DNA of 62,678 bases, filler included. It is 15 parts of 15 records of this genome, joined end to end, with 100 filler letters (N's around TTAATTAATTAA, not from the genome) between each part and the next. Parts side by side here need not be neighbours in the genome. Positions count along the whole stretch, not along the records: positions 33,064 to 41,287 come from SRR9670534_349; positions 41,388 to 45,197 come from SRR9670534_359; positions 45,298 to 49,677 come from SRR9670534_360; positions 49,778 to 52,224 come from SRR9670534_361; positions 52,325 to 55,686 come from SRR9670534_364; 10 more parts are not named here. One strand, 5' to 3'. A model generated the notes under the pieces. That model ran no database searches. It had not been told where the DNA came from and saw nothing but the letters and a program-made list of their open reading frames with translations. Positions 41,176 to 54,708 of this stretch are shown here, piece by piece; the first letter of the stretch is position 1; each line of letters opens with the position of its first letter. A program made the position numbers and the translations under genes.

Positions 41176-41574
41176 CTAGGCAAAAGTGTAGTACATACTG
41201 TAGGTATACTACTGTACCGCAGACAGTTTATCTACCACTGGTAGACTTTTGTACTTATTAATAATACAATGTAAATACCTAAGTTAANNNNNNNNNNNNN
41301 NNNNNNNNNNNNNNNNNNNNNNNNNNNNNNNTTAATTAATTAANNNNNNNNNNNNNNNNNNNNNNNNNNNNNNNNNNNNNNNNNNNNTACTAACGTTAGT
41401 TAAAAGATGCATCTTTAAACTGGTTATTATTGTTGCTGTTTTAACACGTTTATGCTACACGTTATAAATATTGGCCAATTATTTAATCAATGGTCTTTAA
41501 GTATCGCAATGATGATGTACCATGTTTCAACATACCCTAACTATAGTATATTAGTAAACTTAACAAAGACAAAC

Positions 41575-44500
41575 ATTTAGATGATTTGTGGTAATTTCAA
41601 GTATATTGCTACAGACTTCCTTGTCAACTCTTTCATAGACGGTAGTATCTGCTCCTTTGCATAACAAAAGAATCTGACCTTCATGTCTTACAATAATCTA
41701 TGAAACAATGACATAAATTAAAACAGAGTTGATTTCACTTTAATTGTATTATTATCCATATATATTACATATAGTACACGAAAAGAAAACTTACAGACAT
41801 TCTTTTTCGGACATTATTAAAGTCTAATATACAAAGCAAATCATAAACTTCCTCTTTTCCATAAGCCTCAATGGTTATAGTTTTTGGTGTACGACTTTTA
41901 AAAACAAAGCCAAAATTTCTTGCAGCAGAAACCAATGCACCTTCATCTGGTGATTGTGCTTGATACCCTAAAGTACCATCATCCTTTTCTTCTGGCATTA
42001 CGGTATGACATAGCGCAAGCAATTTGAAGAATAGCACTGTTTTTTCATCTCGATCTTTGACACGATCCAATAGACTCTTGTCATAAAATTCAAATTTTTC
42101 TTCATAGAAAGGATTAAAACTGAAATCAACTCTGTCCATTCCTTCTGGATTATCATTATTGATATCATAGTCAACCGGTGGTGGTTCGCCATATTTTATT
42201 CCATCGATTGAACATTTATTAAACGTCATAACATTCTAATTGAGTACAGCATTATTAGCAATTATGTAACGTCCAACATATTATGTAGCACACTGTACAT
42301 CGTAGAATACGTAGCATTAATAATACACTAATAGTAATAATAACTATTAATAATTACGTAGCTTGTGTGTGTCATGTATACATGCATTGCATACATTGTA
42401 CACAATGCACATTGTACAATACGTAGTGCCAATTCGCAGTATTTTCTGATATGTACTATTGATACACTGCGTATTGTTTACGTATAGGTTTTTATAGAAT
42501 CTAGTAGATTCAATCTACGTACATAGTACGTTGTACATACAGTATGTATCTACAACGTACTGTGTACTGTGTAATGTGTATAGTATGTAGTACATACTAT
42601 AATAGTACTGTGTACAGTACATACTACTGTGTATAGCATGATACAATGTATCATTCATACATACTATGTATTACATAGATACCGCCATGTACACATGATG
42701 TTGTGCGATACTGTATGATACATAGATACTGCAGTATAGATACTGCATACACTGTATGACACATCGATACTGCAGTATACACAGGATATTGTGTGATTAT
42801 CACACTGCAATATTGTGCTATAGTGCTACATCTACGTACACTATAATTATTATCTAAGCATGATGTGTTCGACAGTGCGATATACATTGTATAATACAAT
42901 TTGTATTGTAAGGTTTTTGTATACTGTGTATTGTACATATAATACGCATGTATGTATTTAAATATAATATTGCATATACCTTCGTAAGTGTACCAGTCTT
43001 ATCACTGAAAATATACTCAATTTGTCCTAATTCTTCATTAAGTGTGGTAGTTCTAGCATTTGCAGGAGTTTCTTTGGCGTTTCTCATATCAGGATTTTTA
43101 AACAGCATGCCTCTATCCCAATTTATCCAGAAGCTGTGCGCCATTCTCATTACTTCAACGCTAAATGTTTTTAAATACTTTAATTAAACTTACAAGAGTT
43201 TTTATCATACAAAATTAAAAAAAAAATTGTTCATAAATGCCATAAAAAAAGTTCACGTAAATTTTAAGTAACAATTTTTTAATCAATAAAGAATATAATA
43301 TAATTTATACTATTGATCAAAGTTTAGTAAAAGCACGAACAATTAGACAAATCACATTGCTACCACATACATTTTTTGCCAAAAAAGTTGGCAGCAGTAC
43401 CCTTATTTAAATATTCACAGTAAGTAACTTACCTAACATATAATGAAATTGGTACTACTGTATTTAACAAAATTGCATAGGACCAAAAATTTAAAAAACC
43501 AGTAAACGCAGCATAATCCATATCTGTATTTGAGGCTACTTCCGGAATGTATGTACTTTTAGGCATCATTCCATACTCAATAACAAACCATCCTTGGTAA
43601 TATTCCCAAACTCCACCCCCAATTGCGCTCAGTAAACACATTACGAGTAAATAAATTATAATCTAAATGTTGAAATTTAAAATTAAATTCAAATTAATAC
43701 ATCCAGTAAAAAGTTAGCAACCCCAATAATTATAACATTCATTAGTCGATCAATGTTTGTTCGTTTAAATCTGGCTTTTCCGCTGTTCTGCATTAACTTT
43801 GAATCTGCACCAGCAAATATTACAAGACCAAAGCACCATTTGGTATTTCGTAATATACAACCACGAAGGAGCATCTTTTCATTGTCTATAGAGTATGTTT
43901 GATTGTTCCACATTAGAGTTCCTTCAAATTTTGCTAGATTATTGTTAGGTGGTTCACATTCCACTTTGGCATCAAATTTTCCAAATAAGTGCTCATCATT
44001 ATCTATAATAATATTATACATAGGTATGGCATATTACGGTATGAGATACCAGGTATGTCATATTATGGTATGACATACCAGGTATGTTAATAAACATACC
44101 CTAATCTATAACGTAGATATTACGTATGTTATCCTCCACCTACACAAAAAACTTATCGATAATTATACGAATCTCTTCAAGCTATGTTCTGACAAACAAA
44201 CCGAAGATAATGATTGTTCAAATTTATTCCTTCCTTTGTCAATATTTTTATTAATTATTCACAATGTACCTAATTCTGCAGTTTCTGGAAGAGCTTGTCG
44301 AACTTTCAGATTTGTTTCTCCATCTAATTCGGCCGTTTCAATATAAGCTAGGCTATTAGGTTCACTACTAGATAACAGTAGTAAATCAGCCTAAAGGAGT
44401 AATTGAAAATATAATTTATTAATAAAATCCACAACGTTATCATTAAGAAGATGTTGGCTGATTCATTTATTAAGTTAACTTAGCTAACTTACAGCAACAA

Positions 44501-45048
44501 ACTCATTATTCTTCATTTTAATAATGTCCCCAACTACAACTTTGTGCCATAATTCTTCAACGATTTTACCATCTCGAAGAACATATGATATCCTATTATT
44601 GATCTGGTTATCGCTTCGATGACGAAGCTAAAAAGATTACTTCGGTATAACATAATTAAATTACTATTAAACTCTGCTTCTTAATAATGCCAAAGACCAG
44701 AGGAACGTTTTGTACAATGATAAGTACACTAGGTAGTCACCGCTGCAGCATATTTCAAATCAATGAGCGTTTTAAAAGCTTTGACGTCATTCCAAATATC
44801 ACTAATTAATTAATTTAATTATTCATCAACAAGAATTCACAAGCACCAAAATTCTTGATTAATAAACATGATGACAATAATATTATTTGAACAAAACTAC
44901 TGTAATGTGGTACGTGAGAATATTATTAATAATGACGTTTACTTCTGGCCAAAGAATTTACAACATCATCAAAAACATCTTTCAATGCAAGATCCACAAC
45001 AAGAGGTAGAATCGTTGTCAAATGTGTTAGCGATGAAATTGGTGTAAA
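41575..45048 (-). CDS. P4-type ATPase phospholipid flippase (ATP8B-like), partial
   Basis: [71 protein letters not shown] and LCKGAD. Confidence 0.95.
44024..44087. repeat. Intronic about 29-bp direct repeat, 2 copies, with internal dyad
   Basis: GGTATGKCATATTAYGGTATGASATACCA occurs twice. Confidence 0.7.
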
Positions 45049-45889
45049 CTGTACAGAAATTGCAGTGGTTGCTTATGACTAATTGCATAAAAAGTCATTA
45101 CCGCTATGTAATAATAAGCTGCATATTACATGATGTAATTTACATCTTGTATAATAGTAATAAGTACTCAAGGCGATACCTAAGTTTAGGTATCGCCNNN
45201 NNNNNNNNNNNNNNNNNNNNNNNNNNNNNNNNNNNNNNNNNTTAATTAATTAANNNNNNNNNNNNNNNNNNNNNNNNNNNNNNNNNNNNNNNNNNNNATG
45301 GTCAGCTGCGCGCATCATCAGCAATGTTTATGCATCCTTATGTGATATGTTTATGTATTTCACTATAAACTAAGTTACTTTGGAATTACCGCGATTACTA
45401 CAATATTATCACATAATATGCAATTCTTATTACATAGGTATGTACCATTGAAATATGGTACATACCTATAAGGTGTTACAAGTGTTTGGCAACGCTGTTT
45501 TGACGGCACTGGTTTGTTAACCTCCCATAGAGCCCATGTTACGGCTCGCATAAACCATTTAGCTGTAAAGATTTATGGATACGTAATTTTAATAATCAAG
45601 AATACGATTAGTATCGTATTGATTACTAGTAGAATGTTGTAAGTACATTTACTATTATTGCATTGGATGCAGTTTGCATCCATAGTTTATTGATTGTTAG
45701 GATTGCTCACAATTTAATAGATAGATAGATAATAGATAGATAATCGATATAATTTACTACAATATAGGTACTTATAAGTTTGTGCGATACATTTAGTACA
45801 TAGTGCTCCATGATAGGCTGACTCATTTTTTCTTTAGTATGTGTACTTGCGTGTTGCCACGTCAATAGAAACAAGACGACTTTGTATAT

Positions 45890-47320
45890 ATGGGGCAAAC
45901 TTTTGCCTCACAAAGACATGGTGGAGGAAGACTTACAGCGAAAGAATTCAAACGAAAGTGGAATATGAACAATATTAACCGGGAACGAAGGAGAAGTAGT
46001 AAACAAGCAACCATTTTTGATAAATTTTATGATCTACAACTGCTACCGCCTGAATTAAGCTTGGGAATTTTGTCCAACTTAAACGCAACTGATCTCTGTT
46101 TAGCATCATGTGTATGGAAAGATTTGGCCGATGACCAGTTTTTATGGCAAGCGTAAGTGCAAACATTTTCAAGCGTATTTTAATTCATATTTATTATTAA
46201 TATTCTTTCAAATCTTCAGACTTTGTTTTAAAAATTGGAAATACGCATATATTTATGAAACATGTGACTTTTCCAACACATCTTTTAAAGACCTTTATTT
46301 ACTTTTGGACGAAGCTACTTTAACTTTTAATGCTGATCCTCATTTTGGCTACCATTATATGGTTGACAAAGGTATTGTTGATGCTTCAGTAACTTCAATA
46401 TCAAAATTTTTGCATGGTACAAACCAGATCTGCATTGCAAGTAGAGAAATCTTTTTCTCATCAAGGTAAGTAAAGGGTTGACTGAGCAATTTAAACATTT
46501 TTAAAACAATTAATTTATTAGGTTAGACATACTGAACTGTTTTGTTTCTCAAATAAATTATTCTGGACAGTTTTTGCCCAACGCCTTGCGAAATTTTTTC
46601 GCAGAAATTGTCAGACCCAAAAGTATTGGCACTGCGCAATTATCTGTTTTAATTGATATTTTTTCTAAACAATTTCATACATGCAACTGTTCTTCTGTTT
46701 CAAAAGGTATGATGTTGCACCTTTTTATTTCAGTAATAATGTAATTTCCAAATTCAGTCTTATTTGAAATTTTAATTAGCAATCTTTAAATAATATTTAA
46801 TTAGCAAATTTATAATTAATATTTAATTATAATATTCTCGCTATGCCTTTTTTAACTTTACTATACTTGAGTCTACACTGTATTACTAGTATAATTAGTG
46901 AAATTTAATTTTAAAGAAATACTTTCTAAAATTTTGTAAAATTTGCCATTCAATTAGCGTAAAATTAAACATACGGAATTACATAGTTGATTTTATTATG
47001 TACTGCATTACTATTATTATTGTTATTGACTAGGTAAGTAACTCGGAGTAATTTGATATTGCCTACCCAGTTTATTAATAATAAGTAGTAATATTAATAT
47101 TTCATAAAGCTAATATTAGGTGCAATTTAGATGCAATTCTTGTATTGTGTTTTGCACTTCTTATGCTTTCCTCCGACATGTACAACCCCCATGTTCGCAC
47201 GAAAATGACAAAGAGAGAATTCATTAAGAATGTTATAGTAGCTGTGCCTGAGGTATCCAAGGACTTTGTTGGCCACTTGTATGATAATATTTATCTTATT
47301 GGTCATATTATTAAATATAG
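45890..47320 (+). CDS. FBXO8: F-box plus Sec7 domain protein
   Basis: MGQ start; LPPELSL.ILS.LNATDLCLASCVW; LDEA.L.FNA.P; FLPNALR.FF; P.V..KMTKREFI.N; FVGHLYDNIYLIGH; 4 exons. Confidence 0.92.
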
Positions 47321-47721
47321 ATAATAATTAGCAGCAGGAAAAACAACTTGTTTCAAACAAAAAAAAGAACTCTTATTTTTATACTGTAAATATATACACA
47401 CATTGTTTTTAACCTCTAATAGCTTGTTTTAGTTACAGTATTACTATTGTGACAAGTTTTGTTCTATTTATTATTATGTCTATTTTTTCCTCCAAAAATA
47501 AAGTGCTCACCAGGTTTTTAATGATCAAAAAGCCCTTTGGCTAATATATTAGCCAAATTTGTTTGTGAGTAATGAGTCATGGCAGGGCTCTTTTAATTAG
47601 CTAATTAAGTGCTGAAGAAGGTGAGTATAATTGATGGATTTTTGTATATATTAATAAGTATGGGATGTGTATTCAAGCTTGTTGGGATTTTTATAATTAT
47701 TATTCTATCATACCATCCAGT

Positions 47722-49677
47722 ATGATTTCTTTCCTTTTTCTAATGATTGTTGCTTGTAATGGCATGGTCAGGGCAGAAGAGATCATTAATATACTGTACA
47801 TAAATCCATGGACAGCAGCGTATCCTGTTGGAAAGTATATTTCAGGAGCTGCCACTTTGGCAATTGATGAGATTAACAATTCTCAAGACATTTTGAGAAA
47901 TAAAACTTTGAATTTATATTGGAGTGATGGCAATTGCCACCCAAGAATTGGTCTTGGAACTATTGCCAGTTTGTATGAAAAATATGATGGGAACATTCAT
48001 TCCATAATAGGTAATAGATGTATTTGCCATTTTTATGGTAAAATTTTGGAAATAATAGTTTCCTTAAAATTTATATTTAATTTAAATGATTTAATAAAAA
48101 TAACCTAATTAGTAATATTAATTAAAATCTGTTTGTTATTAATAATCATATTAGCATTAGCTTAATTTAAAAAAAATTAAATTTGAATTTTTTAAAGAAT
48201 TAAAACTAAAATAAAAAATATGTTATTAATTAAGGACCAGCTTGTAATATTTTGTGTGAACCATCTGGTTATTTGGTTGGCTATTGGAACATTCCAATGA
48301 TATCGTATGGTTGTTCCTCAGGTAGACTTTCAGATAAGTCTATGTATCCTACATTTGCCAGAACTGTGGGTCCATTTACACTTCTAGCACCAATGATTAG
48401 AAAGGTCCTGAATTATTGGGATTGGAAAGTTGTTGGTATTATTAGTAGCACTGAAACATCTTGGCAGTTAACAACTTATGCACTTCAAAAAGAATTAGAA
48501 GATCATGATATTCATATTACTTTTTACAGAACATTTGAACCAGGCATTATAGCTGATGAAGTTGGAAAAGATTTGCCAGATTATGAATCTTTTCTTCTGG
48601 CAGCTATTGAACACACAAGAAGTATGATTGACTTTTTTGAGCTAAAACTTTCTATAAATAGTTATTAATAAATTTAAATAATTATGGATAATTTAAATAT
48701 TATCAAACTTAAATTAAATTATTATAAAAAAATTTAAATATTTAAAAATTAAAAATATTTAAATTTAAAAACAAATAAGGCTACATTTATTCAAATAATT
48801 ACAAACAATTATGTACAGTATTTATTAATAATTGATTTTAGTCATAATAATGTGTGCAGGACCTTCTGACAAAAGAATGCTGATGCTGAGTGCAAGAAAT
48901 CTCAATTTATTAAATGGAGATTATGTTTTTCTTGCGATTGATCTGAAAAAAGGTTTGCGATTAGTAAACAAGAGCCTTGATACATTTATATATTTTCTTG
49001 TAGAAGACAGCATTGGTAATCTTACCTGGATAGGAAATGACGGGCTTGATAGTGAAGCTGCAGAATCATTTGATGGTTTATTAAGCATAAATTTAAAACG
49101 GCCAGTGACTGAGGCGTGGGATGATTTTACGAATGAGGTCAGAGGCAGAACAGCAATGGCACCTTTTAATTATACAATGGAAGATTCCCAGGAGGTAAAT
49201 TAATAGTAATTCTCCAAGCCTTATTAATTAATTATGATATGCTAGCTTGTTTACTAGGATAACCAAGTTATACTAACACTAATTAATGTGCATGACTAAT
49301 GATATGCAGGTACATATTTTTGCTGGGATGCTTTACGATGGAATATATTTATATGCACGTGCTTTGCATGATGCTTTGGAAGTTGGAGTAAATGAATATG
49401 ATGGAATTTCCATAATGAACTATATCTTTGGACAGTCTTTTTTAGGTTCGGCTGTAAATTTTGATTTGAACTAATTAGTTGTATGTTAATGCCTTTTAGG
49501 AATTACTGGAACTGTGCTAATTGATGCTGTTGGAGACAGAAGTCCTGAATATTCTCTTCAGTTTTTTCATGATGGGGAATTATATGACATAGGATATTAT
49601 TCAAGTATCAATGAAACTTTGAGCATCAATTCTTCAGTAACAGTGTATTTCAGTGGTGGTGTAACAGAGCCTCCACT
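47722..49677 (+). CDS. Natriuretic-peptide receptor / receptor guanylyl cyclase-like gene, extracellular ANF-receptor domain, partial
   Basis: Signal peptide; AIDEIN, IIGPAC...C, WNIPMISYGC...LSDK..YPTFART, NGDYVF, LYDGIYLYARAL and ID..GDR. 5'UTR intron 47621-47720. The cyclase domain is not in the window. Confidence 0.85.
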
Positions 49678-50220
49678 NNNNNNNNNNNNNNNNNNNNNNN
49701 NNNNNNNNNNNNNNNNNNNNNTTAATTAATTAANNNNNNNNNNNNNNNNNNNNNNNNNNNNNNNNNNNNNNNNNNNNAATACTACATTATAACCACTCAA
49801 AATATCACACTACTCAATTTTTATTGAAAAACACACAATGTAATGCATTTTGGTTTTTAATTAAAACCATTATCAAGCTAATTTAATTTAATTTAATTTA
49901 GTTTTATTGTCTCACTGTTGCAGCATACAATTACAAAAAGGAGAAGCATTATGATATGGCATATCTAATAGTAAATCAAACATTTAATTGTCTCTTATTA
50001 CAAGGAAAAATGGATAGAGATTATGATAGCCTCTTATTGTCCAATAGTTGAAAATAATTAATAAACAGTGATTGAACACCAACAAAAGAATGTTATAATA
50101 CAAGTAGAACAATAACGTTAAACAATAATAATAAAAAGAATATTCTTGTACTACAACTCTATTAAATATCAAGCAAGTAATTGTACTATGGAATAATTGC
50201 TACAACAGCATCTTATAAAA

Positions 50221-52224
50221 TTTAAGGTGGGTCCAAGTCATTTCTCATCTGAAGATTGATATTAGTCTTCATCTTTTCATGCTTTCTATTGTTATAGTTA
50301 GCTGTGTGTTTAAATTGTAACCAGTTTTCAGCATCATTTTGTTGGAATACCCATCTCCATTTTTATCTTGAATCTGGTATGTTATGGTAAATCTAGCTGA
50401 TGGATCTGTAAGCCTTACCTGAATCATCATCAGCTTTAGTTTGTTGTTGGGAGAGCCATTCTTTTTTCACTTCTTCAAGAGAGAGAAGAGCTTTTCGGAG
50501 CTATTTTTGTTGCTCTTCTTCTGGAAGGGAATGCAATTCTTCCTAGTTTCTCACAGATTGTCGCTGCAATATGTTTTCATTCAAAATATGAAGTGCTTTT
50601 TTAGTAATAATACATGAAGTATTAATTTGCAGCTTTAAAGTGTAATTCCTAGAATTTTTTGTTAACATCATTCTTGTGTATGGTGTTCTTACCTTATTCA
50701 CAAATGCTTTCAAAATCCATTTTGCCTTAATCCATGGCAGCCAATCAGACATCGGTATGACTGATAATATCGATCTTGATATTGTAGAATGTGCTCTTCT
50801 GGGCATCCCCAAAACTCTTTTTGTTACTCCATTAAATGACTTGTCAAGGATTCTCAATTCTGATCCAGTCCATTCAAAGGCAGTGTTTCCATAATGGAAT
50901 AAAACATGAGCCTTAAAAATGTTGGTGTAATCAAAAAAGGGCATGAATTCTTTAACATTTTTTAACATAGATAATCCCTTACGTGTTCGTTTTCTAATAA
51001 TGTCATTCTGTATGTCACCAGTAGGATTCTGATCAATGTATCCTCCTAAATATTTCAACCATTCAACATTTTTAATAATACTATTTTCAACACGTATACT
51101 AAACTTACCAGTGGCAATCTTTTCTTTTGGTACAATGCAAATCATTTGTGTTTTATCTCCATTCACCAACAATTTCAGATCTTTCATAGTTTTCATGAAA
51201 ACTTCCAGAAAAGGCTCAAGTCAATTTATTATTACTTGTATAGAATCACCAGTCATGTAGATAAGAGTATCATCTGCATATATTTGCCCCTTGTTGCAAT
51301 TACATGGTTCAAAACTATTATTTTTGCAGTGTTCACATTCTTCCATTTCCCTTATTAATGGAAGCGTATAAATATTATAGAGCACCGGTCCAAGTTTTGA
51401 ATCTTGAGGTGCTCCAATATCAATATCCATTTCATCAGATTCCATATCCATATGTTTAACTTTCAGCTTTCTGTCCTTCAAGTAGGATCATATCAGGGCA
51501 ATTAATTGTCTATCGACATTAGCTCTAATTAATTCTTTCAACAGCAAATTGGGCTCAAGGCAATCAAATGCTTTTGATGAGTCGAGGGAAATAATAACAA
51601 TTGCTTTATTTTGGCATTTAGCCACTTCTATGGTATAATGGATGTTTAATAAAGCATCAATCATACCTGTAAATCTTTTGTATGCAAACTGCTTTTCTGA
51701 AAAAAGAAAATCTACCAAGTATGGCTGGAGGTCATCAAGAATCAGTTGTTCTAAAAATAGTCCAGAAACAGGCAATAGCGAAATTGGCCTGTAATTTTTT
51801 ATAACATCTTTTGCTCCACTTTTAAAAAGTGGAGTTACTTGAGAAATTTTCCATTGTTCAAGAAATACCAAGTCATTGTAAGCTTTCTGCATTAATTCCA
51901 TTAGCAGATCTTGGTTTTCATCAAAGAAATCTTTCATCACAGTCCATGGTGGTTGATCATAAGGAACAGCCTTCGAACCTTTCAATGATTGTAAAATTTT
52001 CTTCCATTTTCTACCTTTCAATAATCGATAAAATGTCAGTTCAGGAATTTTAATAGGTTCAGAATCTAAATAGATGCCCCTATTGCATTGCATTTGTTTT
52101 ATGCATGTCGAATAATATTTTGCTATGTAATTTACCATAGGGTGGCCTACTACTTTTTCTCCATTTTTCATCATCAAAAATTTTATCTCAACTTGCTGCT
52201 TTGATTTCTGCAATGTGATCAATT
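50221..52224 (-). mobile_element. Non-LTR retrotransposon RT (CR1/L2-like), pseudogenised by in-frame stops
   Basis: WK...VTPLFK, NYRPISLL, QFAY, LDSSKAFD, GAPQDS.LGP.LY, YADD, N..KT and KYLG; three track ORFs in one frame. Confidence 0.92.
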
Positions 52225-52680
52225 NNNNNNNNNNNNNNNNNNNNNNNNNNNNNNNNNNNNNNNNNNNNTTAATTAATTAANNNNNNNNNNNNNNNNNNNN
52301 NNNNNNNNNNNNNNNNNNNNNNNNGATAAAGTGAAATTTGTCTAATCCATTTGATATATGTACAGGATTAATTAACACAACCTTCTAGAATTTTGCTTTC
52401 ATTAATAATTAATGCATTCATGAGAAGATTTCAAAAATTGGTTGTTAAACCAAAAAATAAAAATTTGAAAAAGTGGAACATAGAAAAACAATTTAATAAT
52501 AATAAGAGAAATTCCATTTAAGAACAACAACTACACCTAATACGTATTGCTGTACAGCAGAAGCCACTTTATTATTAATGTTATTGTATATACATGTATA
52601 GTATGTAGTACATGCCTTGGGGAACAGAAATAATGTTGTATTAATAATAAGCAGTTGTTACATTATCGATCCCAGATATA

Positions 52681-54708
52681 TTGTACATGGAGGTAATAGA
52701 AAGCCTGAAAATGGATCAAAAATCTGTGAACAAAAATATGAAAGGACGCAGTAAATGTCTAACAGAGATATTTGCATACCTGAGAAAGCGTAAGCCTAAG
52801 AAGTTACCTGCAATGATAACAGATGATGAGCAGAACTCCTACACTAATGCTTTCGATAAAGCTTGTGCTTTTACCAAACACTTCTTGAACGTGTATAGGA
52901 ACTGCCCACTGGACCAAAATTTCATTGAGGAAATTGCAAGAACATGTATGACAGAAGATAACTTTTATTACCCATCCCAAGCTGAGATTATAAGATATAT
53001 TAAACAAATAGATGTCAGTAGCGCTTCTGGAATTGATCATTTAAGTGGCAAATTAATTAAAATACTGCAAAGTAAATTAGCGCTAGTGATTCAATCCTTT
53101 TTCATAATAATTTACAAAACAAATAATTTTCCTAAAATCTGGAAACTTGGAATTATACATCCAATTCCTAAGGGCGGTAGTGCTCAAGACATCAATAACT
53201 ACTGTCCTATAACTCTCTTACCAGTAATTAGTAAGATAATTGAGAAAATATTCCTCCATAGACTAGAAAAATTAGCACCTGCCAGCACCATGGTTGAGCA
53301 ATACGGCTTTAGAGAACATTCTTCAACGCATATAGCATTATTTGATTTCCAAAATACTCTGGTGGCAAAGTTGGAAGAACAAAAAACGGTAGTCATAGTA
53401 GTTTATCTTGACTACCGTAAAGCATTTGATACAGTTAAACATCAATCAATAATTCAGAGAATGAAAGAGTTGGGCATGAAAAAAGAAATGGTACAGATGC
53501 TTGCATCCTACCTGACCGACAGAATCAGTGGGGTTATGGTTGATGGTGAATATGGAGATTTTGGCCATTGTAATAGCGGTGTTGGGCAAGGGGCTCCATT
53601 GAGCCCAAAATTATTTAATTTGACAACCTACCCCATTGCGATGTTGGTTAGCAGGGGCATCATCTATTTGTATGAAGACGACGGGAAATTGATATATTCC
53701 TTTCCAAAAGATATGGGAATAGATAAGATTGGGAAAATAATTTTGGATGAACTTGGTAATGTGGCTTCAGAAGCAGAAAAAATCGGGTTGTCATTAAATT
53801 TGAAAAAATGCTCAAAAGTAACGTACAGGGGAGACAAGAATACCCCTATATCTATATTAGGTGAGCCAGTAACCGAAAAACCCTTGCAAAGGGATTTAGG
53901 AGTTCACTATTCACCAACATTGCATTTTAGTGAGCAAATCGATATTTCTATTACGAAAGCCAATGGTGCTTATTACGGTTCCATGCATCTATTAGACACT
54001 GAAATAGATGCTCTAGATAATGCTAACATGTACAAGCAACTTGCTCAAAGTAACCTATTGTATGGCACAGAAGTGATGCCAATTTCGAAAAATGATATGC
54101 AAAAACTTGTACGCCTAGAAAAAGGCATAATAACAAGGATTTTGAATCACTTGGTTGAATATGTAGACTGCTGCCTGCGCTTCAATATGTTACCAATACC
54201 TTTGGAAGTATTGAAGCGTAGGATATTAATGCTACATGATATTGTAAATAACAACATAAATAGCTCTATCTCAAGTTTATGTGGTACACTTGTAGATGGT
54301 ACATGTCTCAGAATAGGGGAAGACTTCTGTAATACCACCAGAGCCAAATCATCGATGCTAAATGAGACAATTCGATCAGTCAACAGAATGCAAAAATCTC
54401 TTGGATTTGGAATGAATCTTAGTTTTCGCAATTCCTTGCAAGAATATTTGGAGATTTACACAAAAGAATTTTTCTGCTTAGATAAGCCATGTACTTGGAA
54501 GCTTGTATGTGACTGTTCTGATTGTACGCTAACCAGGAAATTGCTGCCCGAGATTTTATTGCCCAAAGAACCCAGAGCCCTGAAGAATTCAGCAGAACTC
54601 AAAGCCAGAAGAGAAGATGACGAAGAAATGTTTCAGCAGTCTGAGAAGCTCCTGAAGATGTCACAAGAACTACTGCAACTATCTCAAAATCAAACACTCC
54701 TCAATTAA
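52681..54708 (+). mobile_element. Non-LTR retrotransposon RT ORF, 5'-truncated, no endonuclease seen
   Basis: SGID, WK...I.PIPK, NYCPITLLP, QYGFR, YLDYRKAFDTV.H, SGVGQG.PLSP.LF, YEDD and RDLGV; C-terminal Cys cluster. Confidence 0.92.

Noticed and set aside
42240-42960. Tyr/Cys/Thr-rich short ORFs
   Set aside because: TAC/GTA-rich low-complexity intron of the P4-ATPase; the same applies to short ORFs at 5024-5321, 6292-6832 and 39229-39462.
45172-45197. 12-bp hairpin GGCGATACCTAA-GT-TTAGGTATCGCC as a terminator or Helitron end
   Set aside because: Eukaryotic intron context and cut off by the contig end, so the flanks cannot be assessed.
49778-54708. Two divergently oriented RTs as a paired system
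   Set aside because: They are on separate contigs joined by an artificial spacer.
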